This document shows, in pieces, positions 24,106 through 33,177 of a stretch of 64,000 nucleotides of DNA. Where the stretch lies: NCBI GenBank assembly GCA_035285125.1, contig JAYKHR010000026.1:47837-111836 (forward strand). Reading direction: 5' to 3'. A program made the position numbers and the translations under genes. The notes beneath the pieces are model-generated. The model was not told the origin of the DNA, made no database searches, and was given only the letters and a program-made list of their open reading frames with translations. Each line of letters begins with the position of its first letter. Positions within the stretch are counted from its first letter, which is position 1. This DNA is from Candidatus Sericytochromatia bacterium. GTDB lineage: Bacteria; Cyanobacteriota; Sericytochromatia; S15B-MN24; JAQBPE01.

Positions 24106-24387
24106 TCAGCCGACCAGCATGCCGCCCCAGAGGTCCTGGTCGTCACGAAGCTTCTGCTCGTGCTCCGTCAGCCGAGCCAACACGCCCGTCAGTTCCTGAA
24201 GGCGGGCCTCGGCTTCCTGGATGACTCGCTGCTTCTCAGCGATGGCCTGACGAGCGCCCAGAACCTCACCCTCGAGCAGGCGCATGCGGGTTCGGACCCT
24301 CTGGGCATCGGCCCGGATGTTGCGCAACATGGCCTCGTCCACCTCGATGTGGCGCTGGGCCTCCGTTCGAGTTGTATGATGCGACAT
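24106..24387 (-). CDS. small coiled-coil hypothetical protein
   Basis: Heptad-rich E/R/Q/L sequence; TATGAT -10-like element upstream. Confidence 0.6.
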   Translation of the reverse strand: MSHHTTRTEAQRHIEVDEAMLRNIRADAQRVRTRMRLLEGEVLGARQAIAEKQRVIQEAEARLQELTGVLARLTEHEQKLRDDQDLWGGMLVG

Positions 24388-24581
24388 GGTCCGTCCCATC
24401 CTTGTCGGCATCGGGCCGACGCTGGGCTGCTGCTGCTGCTGGCGGCGTTGCAGGATTGACGTCGCGACGGCTGGGGCGATCGAAGCTGAAGCTACGCTCG
24501 CATCATACCCGCCGGGGCCGGCCCATGAACCAGCTGCGGCGGCGGGATTCTTGACGCGAAATGAACCTTCGTGGTAGGGGC

Positions 24582-26321
24582 CTACCCCCCGGGTTCCTCC
24601 TCCGCCTGCAGCCGGACCACCGCAGGGGCCGGGGAGGCCGTGGGCTCGAGCCGGTCTGCCACCAGTTGCACGCGGGTTTCACCCTGCCAGGTGTTCAGGC
24701 GCGGCCTGTACGTCAGGCGAATCCAGCCGCGCAGGTCCGCAGCCCGCTCCGCCTTGCCCCAGGCGATGACCTCACGCACCGACTCCCCATCGTCAACCTG
24801 CAGAAACAGGTGGTTTTTGACCACCCGTTGGCTGATAACGCGCGCCTTCAGGAGGCCGAAGACGGGTGCCGGGTTGCGCTGCCCGAACGGCTCGAGCAGG
24901 TCGAGCGCGTCGAGCAGCGTCGCGTCTGCCTCGAGAAAGGTCAGCTCTGCATCGAGTGTTACGGCGTCGGGCGGCCGTTGCCAGCCCACGGCCCGCACGT
25001 GATCGTTCAGCGACTGCCGCACGGCGGGCAGGGACGCTGCCAGCGTCGCACATCCCGCCGCCTGGGCGTGCCCCCCGAAGCCCATCAGGTGCTCGCGGGC
25101 CCCGTGCAAGGCCTCATACAGGTGGAGCCCCTCCGGGCTCCGGCCGGAGCCCTTCCAGGGGCCGTCGCCGTGCCCGGAAAAGAGCATCACGGGCACACGA
25201 TAGCGGTCTTTGATCCGGCCGGCGATGATGCCCGTGATCCCGTGGTGGTAGCGGCTGTCTGCCAGCACGATGAAGGGCTCTGCCTCGAGGTCCCACGAGG
25301 CATCCAGCTCTGCGAAGATGGCCGCCTGAAGCTCCGCGGAAAGCTCCCTGCGCTCGCGGTTGATCACGTCAAGGCGCTCCGCGTGGGCGGCCGCCTCCTC
25401 GCGGTCATTGGTGGTCAGCAGCTGGAAGCCCACGTCGGGGGTCTCAAGGCGTCCCGCCGCGTTGAGCCGGGGCACGAGCTGGAACGCCACGTCCTCGGCT
25501 CGCACCGAGGCCATGGGGGTCTTGGCCACCGTCGCCAGCGCCCCGAGCCCGGGAAACCGATGCCGGCTCTGGCGGAACCGCTCCAGCCCCGCCCACACGA
25601 GGGAGCGGTTGGGGCCGTCGAGGGGCACGACGTCGCCGATGGTGCCGATGCACGCGAGGTCCAGGAAGTGTGCCAACCGCGGGGTGAAGCCGCCCTCCAG
25701 GGCAACCACGAAGAGCAGGGCCACCCCAACGCCGGCAACGTCCCTCAGGTGCGGAAACTCCAGGGCGGGGTGGACAATGGCGGCGACGTCGGGGAGCACC
25801 TCGGGGGGTTGGTGGTGGTCAGTGACCACGATCTCCACGCCGAGGCGCCGGGCGGCCTCAGCCGCGCTGGTCGCCGAGATGCCGTTGTCGCACGTCAGCA
25901 CCAGCTTGATGCCCTGGGCGGCGATGCGCTCGATGGCCGCCGCCGTCACGCCGTAGCCATCCTTGAATCGGTCCGGCAGGTACGCGGTGCACCGCGCCCC
26001 GAGCCCCCGCGCCAGGTAGCGGTAGAGCAGGGCCGTGCTGGTCACGCCGTCGCAGTCGTAATCCCCATAGATCACGAAGGGCTCCTGGCGATCGACGGCC
26101 TGCCGAATTCTGGCCACGGCCCGCTTCATTCCGGGGGTCTCCAACGGCGTGAGCCACCCGAGCCCCTCGCGGGCCGCCAGGAAGGCCTGGGCCACGGCAG
26201 GCGTGCGGTAGCCGCGCAGCCACAGCACCCGGGCCACCGCCAGCGGCACGCCGGTGGCGTCTCGGATGGCGGCCACCTCGCCGGCGTCCGCGGGGCGCAC
26301 GCCCCACACGATCTCGCTCAA
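24582..26321 (-). CDS. recJ: single-stranded-DNA-specific exonuclease RecJ
   Basis: YGDYDCDG, DGYG, TCDNG, TDHH, PRLNAAGRL, GSGRS, FGGHAQAAG, LEPFGQRNP. Confidence 0.96.
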   Translation of the reverse strand: MSEIVWGVRPADAGEVAAIRDATGVPLAVARVLWLRGYRTPAVAQAFLAAREGLGWLTPLETPGMKRAVARIRQAVDRQEPFVIYGDYDCDGVTSTALLYRYLARGLGARCTAYLPDRFKDGYGVTAAAIERIAAQGIKLVLTCDNGISATSAAEAARRLGVEIVVTDHHQPPEVLPDVAAIVHPALEFPHLRDVAGVGVALLFVVALEGGFTPRLAHFLDLACIGTIGDVVPLDGPNRSLVWAGLERFRQSRHRFPGLGALATVAKTPMASVRAEDVAFQLVPRLNAAGRLETPDVGFQLLTTNDREEAAAHAERLDVINRERRELSAELQAAIFAELDASWDLEAEPFIVLADSRYHHGITGIIAGRIKDRYRVPVMLFSGHGDGPWKGSGRSPEGLHLYEALHGAREHLMGFGGHAQAAGCATLAASLPAVRQSLNDHVRAVGWQRPPDAVTLDAELTFLEADATLLDALDLLEPFGQRNPAPVFGLLKARVISQRVVKNHLFLQVDDGESVREVIAWGKAERAADLRGWIRLTYRPRLNTWQGETRVQLVADRLEPTASPAPAVVRLQAEEEPGG

Positions 26322-26382
26322 TGGTCTCCCTCCTCGCGTCCCTCAGGGTTGCGCGGGCGTGGGGCGCTGTCAAGCGGGTGGG

Positions 26383-27876
26383 TCAGCCGGCGGAGGGGAG
26401 CTCCAAGGAGGCCTGCTTGGCGCTTGCCGAGCGTTGGCCCCACAGGAAGTAGAGCGCCAGCCCGAGGGCCATCCAGACGGCGAAGCGGATCCAGACGGGG
26501 CCGGGCAGGCTGCTCATCAGCCAGAGGTTGATGCCGATGCCGGCCAGGGGCAACGCGGGCACCAGGGGCGCCCGGAACCCCCGGGGCAACTCAGGCGCCC
26601 GTTTCCGCAACACGATCACGGCGGCCGAGACGGCCGAGAAGGCGGCGAGGGTGCCGATGCTCACGAGGTCCGCCAAGGCGTCCAGCGGCACGGTGGCAGC
26701 CAGGGCCGCTGTTACCACCCCGAGCAGCACGACGGAGGCCGCGGGGGAGCCTGAGCGCGGGTTGACGCGCCCCATGAAGGCGGGCATCAGGCCGTCTCTC
26801 GCCATCACGAAGAGGATGCGGGTCTGGCCGATGGCCGCAACCAGGATGATGCTGAGGATGCCCACCACGGCCACCACCGACAGCACGCCGGCGGCCAGCG
26901 GGTGGCCTGCCACCTCCAGGGCCTTCGCCAGGGGCTCCTGCAGCTCCTTGAGGGCTGCCAGCGGCAGGGTGCCGAGCAGCACGGCCGTGACGGAGACGTA
27001 GAGCGCAGCCACCAGCGCCAGCCCCACCACGATCGCGCGGGGCAGGTCACGTTGTGGGTCCTCGCACTCCTCCGCGACGGTTGACACGGCATCGAAGCCG
27101 ATGAACAGGAAAAACAGGACGGCCGCGCCGCTGATCACGCCCTGGGCGCCGAAGGGGGCGAAGGGCGTGAAGTGGGCCTGCTGGACGGCTGGCAGGCACA
27201 AGGCGACGAACACCAGCAGCACCGCGACCTTCGCCACGACCATCGCGTTGTTGAAGCGGGCGCTCTCGCGGATGCCGAGCAACAGCAAGACCGTCGGCAG
27301 GCCCACCGCGATCGCCGCTGGGAGGTTCAGCCAGCCCACCTCGGCCACGGCTGGCGGCACCACGCCTGCGGCCTGGTACACGGCGTTCGGGATGGGGTGC
27401 CCCGTGGCGACCATCAGCGCGGGGGGGATGTGGACGTGCACCTGCGCCAGCAGCGTCTGGACATAGCCGCCCCAGCCAGCCGCCACGGCGCTGTTGGACA
27501 GCCCGTACTCCAGCAACAGGTTCCAGCCAATCAGCCAGGCCGCCAGCTCGCCCAGCGTCACGTAGGTGTAGGTGTAGGCGCTGCCCGCGCTCGGCATCAG
27601 CACCGCGAGCTCGGCGTAGCACATCGCGGCGATGCCGCAGGCCACTGCGGCGAGCACGAAGGACAGGAGGATGGCCGGGCCCGCGTGGGTGGCGGCCACA
27701 ATGCCGGGCATCACGAAGATGCCCGCGCCGATGGTGCACCCGATGCCGATCGCCACCAGCGACCAGAACCCCAGCACGCGCTGCAGCCCGCCGCCGTGGC
27801 CGGCGACGTCCCGGGTCGTCGTGAGCGGCTTGCGTCGCAGCCAGGTGGGGAGCGGGGCGGGGGGCGGGGTGGACAC
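26383..27876 (-). CDS. APC-family amino acid permease
   Basis: GIGCTIGAGIF, CYAELA...AGSAYTY, FIGFDAVST.AEE, MARDGLMP; many TM helices. Confidence 0.93.
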   Translation of the reverse strand: MSTPPPAPLPTWLRRKPLTTTRDVAGHGGGLQRVLGFWSLVAIGIGCTIGAGIFVMPGIVAATHAGPAILLSFVLAAVACGIAAMCYAELAVLMPSAGSAYTYTYVTLGELAAWLIGWNLLLEYGLSNSAVAAGWGGYVQTLLAQVHVHIPPALMVATGHPIPNAVYQAAGVVPPAVAEVGWLNLPAAIAVGLPTVLLLLGIRESARFNNAMVVAKVAVLLVFVALCLPAVQQAHFTPFAPFGAQGVISGAAVLFFLFIGFDAVSTVAEECEDPQRDLPRAIVVGLALVAALYVSVTAVLLGTLPLAALKELQEPLAKALEVAGHPLAAGVLSVVAVVGILSIILVAAIGQTRILFVMARDGLMPAFMGRVNPRSGSPAASVVLLGVVTAALAATVPLDALADLVSIGTLAAFSAVSAAVIVLRKRAPELPRGFRAPLVPALPLAGIGINLWLMSSLPGPVWIRFAVWMALGLALYFLWGQRSASAKQASLELPSAG

Positions 27877-28066
27877 GCGTGACCTCCGAGGGACCTGGGG
27901 CGCCGGCTCATTCTACCCGACGGGGGCGCCCGACCGTGGCTTCCTGCGACCGGGGCAGACGGCCGTTGGCTGGTCGGGGGGCCGCGCAGCGGCCGAGCCC
28001 GGGATCCCCGCTTCCCTGCCGCCGTGTTATGTTGGTGCCGTGCCCGCCCGATCGGATGAGTGCCCC

Positions 28067-29323
28067 ATGCCGCAACGCTTGCTTGCTCCGACCCTGCTCG
28101 CCCTGTGCCTCCTTGCGCCTGCGTTGCCGGCAACGGCGCGCTCGCTGCAGGCGAAAGGGCGCCCCGTGCCGTCTTCCGGGCCCTCGGCTGCCGCCCCTGC
28201 GAGCGGCGCCACGCCCCGCCCCGAGCCGCGCGTCCGCCTGCGAGACCTTGGTGTCCGGATCGGCCAGCTGCCGCCGGGGCGCTGGAACGCCATCACCGAC
28301 GTGGCCGGGGTGAAGGTGGGCCACACCACCCTGGTCTCCGGCGAAGGGCCGCTGCGCGTCGGCGTCGGCCCGGTGCGCACCGGCGTCACCGCCATCGTGC
28401 CGCGGGACGACGTCTGGCGTCAGAAGGTCTTCGCGTCGGGCGTGGTGATCAACGGCAACGGCCTGCTGACGGCGCTGGACTGGATCAAGGAGGCCGGCTG
28501 CCTCGAGACGCCCATCGTGCTGACGGACACCCTGTCCGTCGGGCGTGTCAGCGACGCCGTCGTCACCTGGATGATGCGCCGGTATCCGGCCATGGGCATC
28601 GATGACGACGTCGTGCTGCCTTGTGTGGGGGAGTGTGACGACGGGTTCCTCAACGACCAGCGCGGTCGCCACGTCCAGGAGCCCCACGTGCTGGCCGCCC
28701 TTGACGGGGCCCGCTCGGGGCCGGTGGAGGAGGGCGGCGTGGGGGCAGGCACCGGGATGGTGGCCTACCGCTTCAAGGCCGGCATCGGAACGGCGAGTCG
28801 CGTGCTGCCCAAGGCCAGGGGCGGGTGGACGGTGGGGGTGCTCGTGAACGCAAACATGGGCCGCCGCGAGGACCTCCGCATCGCGGGGGTGCCTGTCGGT
28901 GAGCGCATCCAGGACCTCATGCCCCGCCGCAAGCCCGGAGAGGGTTCGATCATCGTCGTGGTCGCCACCGACGCCCCTCTGCTGCCGCACCAGCTGGAGC
29001 GGGTTGCCCGGCGTGCCATTCTGGGCATCGGCAGGACGGGCAGCGTGGTGGCGCACTCCTCCGGCGACTTTGCTGTCGCCTTCTCCACCGCCGCCGTCGT
29101 GCCCCACGTGGCAGAGGCCCTCACGATGCCCCTCGCCGCCGTTAACAACGTGCACCTGACGCCCCTCTTCGCCGCGACGGTCGAGGCCACGGAGGAAGCC
29201 ATCGGCAACGCCCTCACGATGGCGAGCACGACCACCGGGCGAGACGGGCACCTCGTGCACGCCCTGCCCCTCGATCGGGTGCGCCGGTTGCTGGAGGCCG
29301 CAGGCCAGAGGCCCCAGCGATGA
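28067..29323 (+). CDS. P1/S58 family peptidase (DmpA-like), secreted
   Basis: Signal peptide, NAITDVAGVKVGH, NGNG, ECDDG.LND, EG/SII autocleavage site, SGDF. Confidence 0.9.
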   Translation: MPQRLLAPTLLALCLLAPALPATARSLQAKGRPVPSSGPSAAAPASGATPRPEPRVRLRDLGVRIGQLPPGRWNAITDVAGVKVGHTTLVSGEGPLRVGVGPVRTGVTAIVPRDDVWRQKVFASGVVINGNGLLTALDWIKEAGCLETPIVLTDTLSVGRVSDAVVTWMMRRYPAMGIDDDVVLPCVGECDDGFLNDQRGRHVQEPHVLAALDGARSGPVEEGGVGAGTGMVAYRFKAGIGTASRVLPKARGGWTVGVLVNANMGRREDLRIAGVPVGERIQDLMPRRKPGEGSIIVVVATDAPLLPHQLERVARRAILGIGRTGSVVAHSSGDFAVAFSTAAVVPHVAEALTMPLAAVNNVHLTPLFAATVEATEEAIGNALTMASTTTGRDGHLVHALPLDRVRRLLEAAGQRPQR

Positions 29324-29407
29324 GCGCCGTGGCGGCCACCAGGCCGATCTGTTAAGGTGTTGCCGCCGGCGACAGCGTAGTCGGCAGGCGGTGGGGCGAG
29401 GGCCTCG

Positions 29408-31045
29408 ATGCGAGTTCACGCGACTGACGTCATCCTGGGAGGAGCCGCCGTTATGGTGGCCCAAATCGCCTGGCAGCCTGCCGTGCAGGCTGCTGCCACG
29501 CGCGTCGCGCCGGCCACCTGGGATGCGCGTCGGGGCGAGATCGTCATCCCTTACACGGGCAAGTTTCCGCTTTACCGGGTGGTCTCGGATGAGCCGCGGC
29601 ATGTGGTCATCGAGTTCGCGGCGGCCCCGAGCATGATGGGGGTCTTCTCGGCCGATGCCCCGACCCACCCGGTGTTGCGGGACTGGGTACTGCGGCACGA
29701 GGGTGTTGACCGGGTCCGCCTGTCCCTGACCCTCCTGGAGGCGGGCCGCGTGACCATGCTGAACGATGCGGCCCGGCGCGTCATCGTCGTGGGGGTGGTG
29801 CCCGCGGCGCCGAGGCCCGCGCCCACCCCGGTCGCGCCTGCTCCCGTGCCAACGGCGGAGCCGCAGCCCTCTCCGACGCCGACCGCCGCACCGACTGCGC
29901 GGCCGCAGCCTTCTCCGACGCCGACCGCCGCGCCGACCGCGCGGCCGCAGCCCTCTCCGACGCCGACCGCCGCGCCGACGACGCCGCCGCAGCCCTCCCC
30001 GACGCCGATCGCCGTCCCCACGGCGCGTCTGCAGCCTTCCCCGGCGCCGAACAGGGCCGAGGCCTCCGGCCTGGCCCCTGCCCCCCGCCTGACGCCGGGG
30101 CCCCTGGCGACACGGGCGCGCCCCGGCGAGCCCGTCTTGGCCGAGGCGCCGGGGTTGGTCGCGCGCGGGCCTGCCGAGGCCAGGCCACTTCCTTGGGTCC
30201 TGCCCGCGCGCGTCTGGCGGGTGAGCATGGCGACGCCCGCTGCCGGGAAGGCGGCCCGGTCCGCCTCGCCACCGGTGGCCCCCCCCTCGCAGCCTTCGGG
30301 CGCCGTCTCGCCGCCCCCGGCGGGTGCCGCATCGCCTGCGGCCTCTCAGGCGCCTCCAGCCTCCGCCGCGCCTCCTGCGGCAAGGCGGGCCCCGGCTGCT
30401 GCCAGCCCGTCGCCCCCCGGGCCGGTGCCGGCCGCCTCCTTGCGGCCGACCCCGGGCCGGCCGTCTGCCGGCCCGGCCCGTGCGCCCACGCACCGGGACG
30501 AAGCCTCCTGGCTCTGGAGCCACCGTGGCGTCTTGTGGCTGGTGCCCGGCGGCCAGGCCGCGGGGCCGGCCGTTCGCCCCGCGGGGGGCGTGGAGTCCAC
30601 GGGTTGGCTCGGGCCCTGGGGCGCCTTTCTGGGCGTGACGGTCTTCGGCGAGACCTACGCCCCCAGCCGGTTGACCCCCTACTTGCAGGCCGGCACCCCG
30701 ATGGTCGACTTCGCGGTCCGGCGACGCCTCGAGGCGCCTGGCTTCCACCTGCAGGCTGGCTACCGGGGGCTCGGCCTGGCGAATCTCAACTTTGCCACCG
30801 TCGGGCTCGGGCTTTCCCGTGTCACGCCTTGGCCCTGGCTGCGGGTGGAGGCCCGCGGCGTCGGGGGCCACAACTTGGGGGGCGGGTCTTCCTGGCGCAG
30901 CTTTCTCGACGGCCAGCTGCTGCTCACGGCGCACGGGCGGGTGCTGGGGCTCAGCCTGGGGCTGCGCCACCTCTCGCTGATGAGCGCTGTCGAGCCCACC
31001 GTGAGCTTCACGGGGCCCGTGTTGGGGGTGCGGTGGGACCTGTGA
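29408..31045 (+). CDS. secreted AMIN-like domain + Pro/Thr linker + putative beta-barrel protein
   Basis: Signal peptide, EPRHVVIEF and VRLSLTL AMIN-like segments, [14 protein letters not shown] repeats, amphipathic beta strands ending GVRWDL. Confidence 0.65.
   Translation: MRVHATDVILGGAAVMVAQIAWQPAVQAAATRVAPATWDARRGEIVIPYTGKFPLYRVVSDEPRHVVIEFAAAPSMMGVFSADAPTHPVLRDWVLRHEGVDRVRLSLTLLEAGRVTMLNDAARRVIVVGVVPAAPRPAPTPVAPAPVPTAEPQPSPTPTAAPTARPQPSPTPTAAPTARPQPSPTPTAAPTTPPQPSPTPIAVPTARLQPSPAPNRAEASGLAPAPRLTPGPLATRARPGEPVLAEAPGLVARGPAEARPLPWVLPARVWRVSMATPAAGKAARSASPPVAPPSQPSGAVSPPPAGAASPAASQAPPASAAPPAARRAPAAASPSPPGPVPAASLRPTPGRPSAGPARAPTHRDEASWLWSHRGVLWLVPGGQAAGPAVRPAGGVESTGWLGPWGAFLGVTVFGETYAPSRLTPYLQAGTPMVDFAVRRRLEAPGFHLQAGYRGLGLANLNFATVGLGLSRVTPWPWLRVEARGVGGHNLGGGSSWRSFLDGQLLLTAHGRVLGLSLGLRHLSLMSAVEPTVSFTGPVLGVRWDL
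29861..30049 (+). repeat. coding tandem repeat, 42-bp unit, ~4.5 copies
   Basis: CCGCAGCCYTCTCCGACGCCGACCGCCGC... units encoding [14 protein letters not shown]. Confidence 0.9.
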
Positions 31046-31052
31046 CCCGGCC

Positions 31053-32441
31053 TCAGCCGGGCACGCGGAAGGCCTGGCCGGGGTATATCCAGTGCGGGTC
31101 GGCGACCTGGTCGCGGTTGGCGCGCCAGACCTCGGGCCAACGGAGCGGGTTGCCCAGGTGCCGCCCGGCGATCGCCCAGAGCGTGTCACCCGCCCGCACC
31201 ACGTAGCGGACCCCCCGCGGTCGCCGCGCCGAGGGCAGCTCCAGCACCTGGCCGGGAAAGAGCCAATGGGGGTTCGCGATGCGCGTGCGGTTGAGCTGGT
31301 ACAACTCCTGCCAGCGGGACGCCGAGCCGAGGTAGCGCCGGGCCAGGAGCCCCAAAGACTCGCCTTCCTGGACCGTGTGGGTCTGTCTCGCTGCGCGGGG
31401 GGCCGCAGCACGCACCGCCGGCTGGGCCTCCGGCGGCAGTCGCAGCCGGGTGCCCGGTGGCAGCACCGTCTGCGCCACCAGCGTGTCCTGATTCAGCTCC
31501 CAGACCTCTCGCCACCGGCCTGCGTCGCCGAGGTGGCGGGCGGCGACGCCCCGCAGCGTATCGCCGGGGCGGGTCTGCACCACCCAGTGGTCTGGCGCTG
31601 CCTGCGCTTGTTCAGGCGCCGCCGAGCCAGGCAGCACGAGGTGCTGGCCGGGGTGGATCACGTCCGGGTTGTCGATGCTGGCGGCGTTGACCTCATAGAT
31701 CTCCGTCCAGCGGTTGAGATCGCCGAAGCGGTCCTGGGCGATCAGCGACAACGTATCTCCCCGCTTCACCACGTATTCCTTGACCCTCGGGGTCACGCGG
31801 ACCACGGGCCGCACAGGCCGAAGCTGGGCCAAGGGCGACTTCGCTGCCGCGGGCGTGGCGGTGGGGGCGGCCGTGGGTGTGGCGGTGGGGGCGGCCGTGG
31901 GCGTGGCGGTGGGGGCGGCCGTGGGCGTGGCGGTGGGGGCGGCCGTGGGCGTGGCGGTGGGGGCGGCCGTGGGTGTGGCGGTGGGGGCAGCCGTGGGCGC
32001 GGCGGAGGGAGGGGCCCACGGCTCTGGCGAGGGGGGCAGCTCGCCGCCCGGGGCGCCGGGCTCAGGCTGCTGGCCCTCCCGGTGCCCGCGCCAACCGAAA
32101 GGGTCCTTGCTCAGGATGAAGGCGGTTGTGCCGGCGACGATCAGCAGCCCCACGACCCAGGGCGTGGCAGGGTTCGAACGGCTCGGTTCCTCGTCACCGG
32201 GCGGCAGCGCAGAAAAATCCAGCGTCGCTGGCGGGCGAAGGACCGACGCTGGCTCCGGGCGTTCGGGGGGGGCACCCGCCTCGGCGGGCGCCCCTCCAAC
32301 CAATGGCGGCTCGACCGACTTCACCAGGCGGCGGATGCTGGGTTCGAGTTCCCCCATCTGGGGGGCACCCAGCTCCGACCACTGCTGAAGCAGGTCGAGC
32401 TCCTTGGAAATGTCTTCTCGCTTGCGGAATTCTGCGGCCAC
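31053..32441 (-). CDS. membrane-anchored protein with four LysM domains
   Basis: TM helix [24 protein letters not shown] linker, 4x YVV..GDTL..IA....G...RW.EI...N...I.PGQ. Confidence 0.92.
   Translation of the reverse strand: MAAEFRKREDISKELDLLQQWSELGAPQMGELEPSIRRLVKSVEPPLVGGAPAEAGAPPERPEPASVLRPPATLDFSALPPGDEEPSRSNPATPWVVGLLIVAGTTAFILSKDPFGWRGHREGQQPEPGAPGGELPPSPEPWAPPSAAPTAAPTATPTAAPTATPTAAPTATPTAAPTATPTAAPTATPTAAPTATPAAAKSPLAQLRPVRPVVRVTPRVKEYVVKRGDTLSLIAQDRFGDLNRWTEIYEVNAASIDNPDVIHPGQHLVLPGSAAPEQAQAAPDHWVVQTRPGDTLRGVAARHLGDAGRWREVWELNQDTLVAQTVLPPGTRLRLPPEAQPAVRAAAPRAARQTHTVQEGESLGLLARRYLGSASRWQELYQLNRTRIANPHWLFPGQVLELPSARRPRGVRYVVRAGDTLWAIAGRHLGNPLRWPEVWRANRDQVADPHWIYPGQAFRVPG
31851..31998 (-). 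repeat. coding tandem repeat, 24-bp unit, ~6 copies
   Basis: GGGYGTGGCGGTGGGGGCGGCCGT units encoding PTAAPTAT. Confidence 0.9.
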
Positions 32442-32544
32442 GGGTCGCTCCGGCAGTCACGTCCTGCAACCATCATACCCGGCAATCGACCGGGTGCACG
32501 GCTGAAAGCGCGGCGGGGTGCGGGTTTGACCCGTTATGTCAGCC

Positions 32545-32724
32545 TCAGCCGCGGAGCGGGTCGAGCCTCAGGCCGCTCGGCTGAACGAGCTTCACGCCGC
32601 GCACGTGCCGCACCACCGTGAAGCAGGAGGGGCAGTAGTCGCCCTGGCCGCTCGGCATCGCCATGGTGTAGGCGGAGCAGGTGGGGCAGATGCAGGGGGC
32701 TGCAGACTTCTTCGTCGAGACCAT
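32545..32724 (-). CDS. small zinc-ribbon protein (59 aa)
   Basis: GAGGAG RBS; CPTC-x15-CPSC; AT-rich promoter upstream. Confidence 0.65.
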   Translation of the reverse strand: MVSTKKSAAPCICPTCSAYTMAMPSGQGDYCPSCFTVVRHVRGVKLVQPSGLRLDPLRG

Positions 32725-32847
32725 GCCAGAACTCCTCATTGAGCGTGTGGGGCACGGAGATACGCCGGAACTGAACAACGATGGTCAGTTCCTTTATCAA
32801 GGATAACAAAAATTTAAACAAATTCAAGCCCTGAACACCGATTTGAT

Positions 32848-33018
32848 CGAACGTGCTGCGCCAGCCGGGTGGGACCTGCTCCCCCCTGAGGCAGATGCCC
32901 GGAGGGAGGCAACGGCGGACGGTCTCCACCCTCCGCCCGCCGGCCGAGGGGATCGCGCCTGGTCGCCGGAGCCGAGGCCCCGGTGACCGGGCCGTTGGGG
33001 TTGCGGAGGGCACGTTCG
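32848..33018 (-). ncRNA. candidate structured ncRNA or leader
   Basis: 9-bp closing IR CGAACGTGC/GCACGTTCG, internal hairpins, directly below extended -10 TGTTACAAT (33021-33029). Confidence 0.35.
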
Positions 33019-33177
33019 GGATTGTAACATAAATTTACGAAGTTTATAGAAGTTTTCTGGCGCTGCTGGGTCGGTCACCCCGTCATGGGCGTGGTCCGGG
33101 TCCGCCCCCTCGGGCGTGGGCAAGTCCGGCTGGAGGGGCGGCCCGTGGCTCGGCCACGCCGCTCGATGCGCTGAGCC

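Noticed and set aside
24426..24442. Short (CTG)n/(CAG)n run
   Set aside because: Only about five units in an intergenic or leader region; no evidence of function
27908..31411. 1167-aa minus-strand ORF
   Set aside because: Antisense shadow of the DmpA and AMIN genes; Arg/Gly/Pro-rich with no motifs, typical of high-GC DNA
29861..31998. 42-bp and 24-bp direct repeats as possible CRISPR arrays
   Set aside because: Contiguous, in-frame, no unique spacers, no cas genes; they encode Pro/Thr linkers
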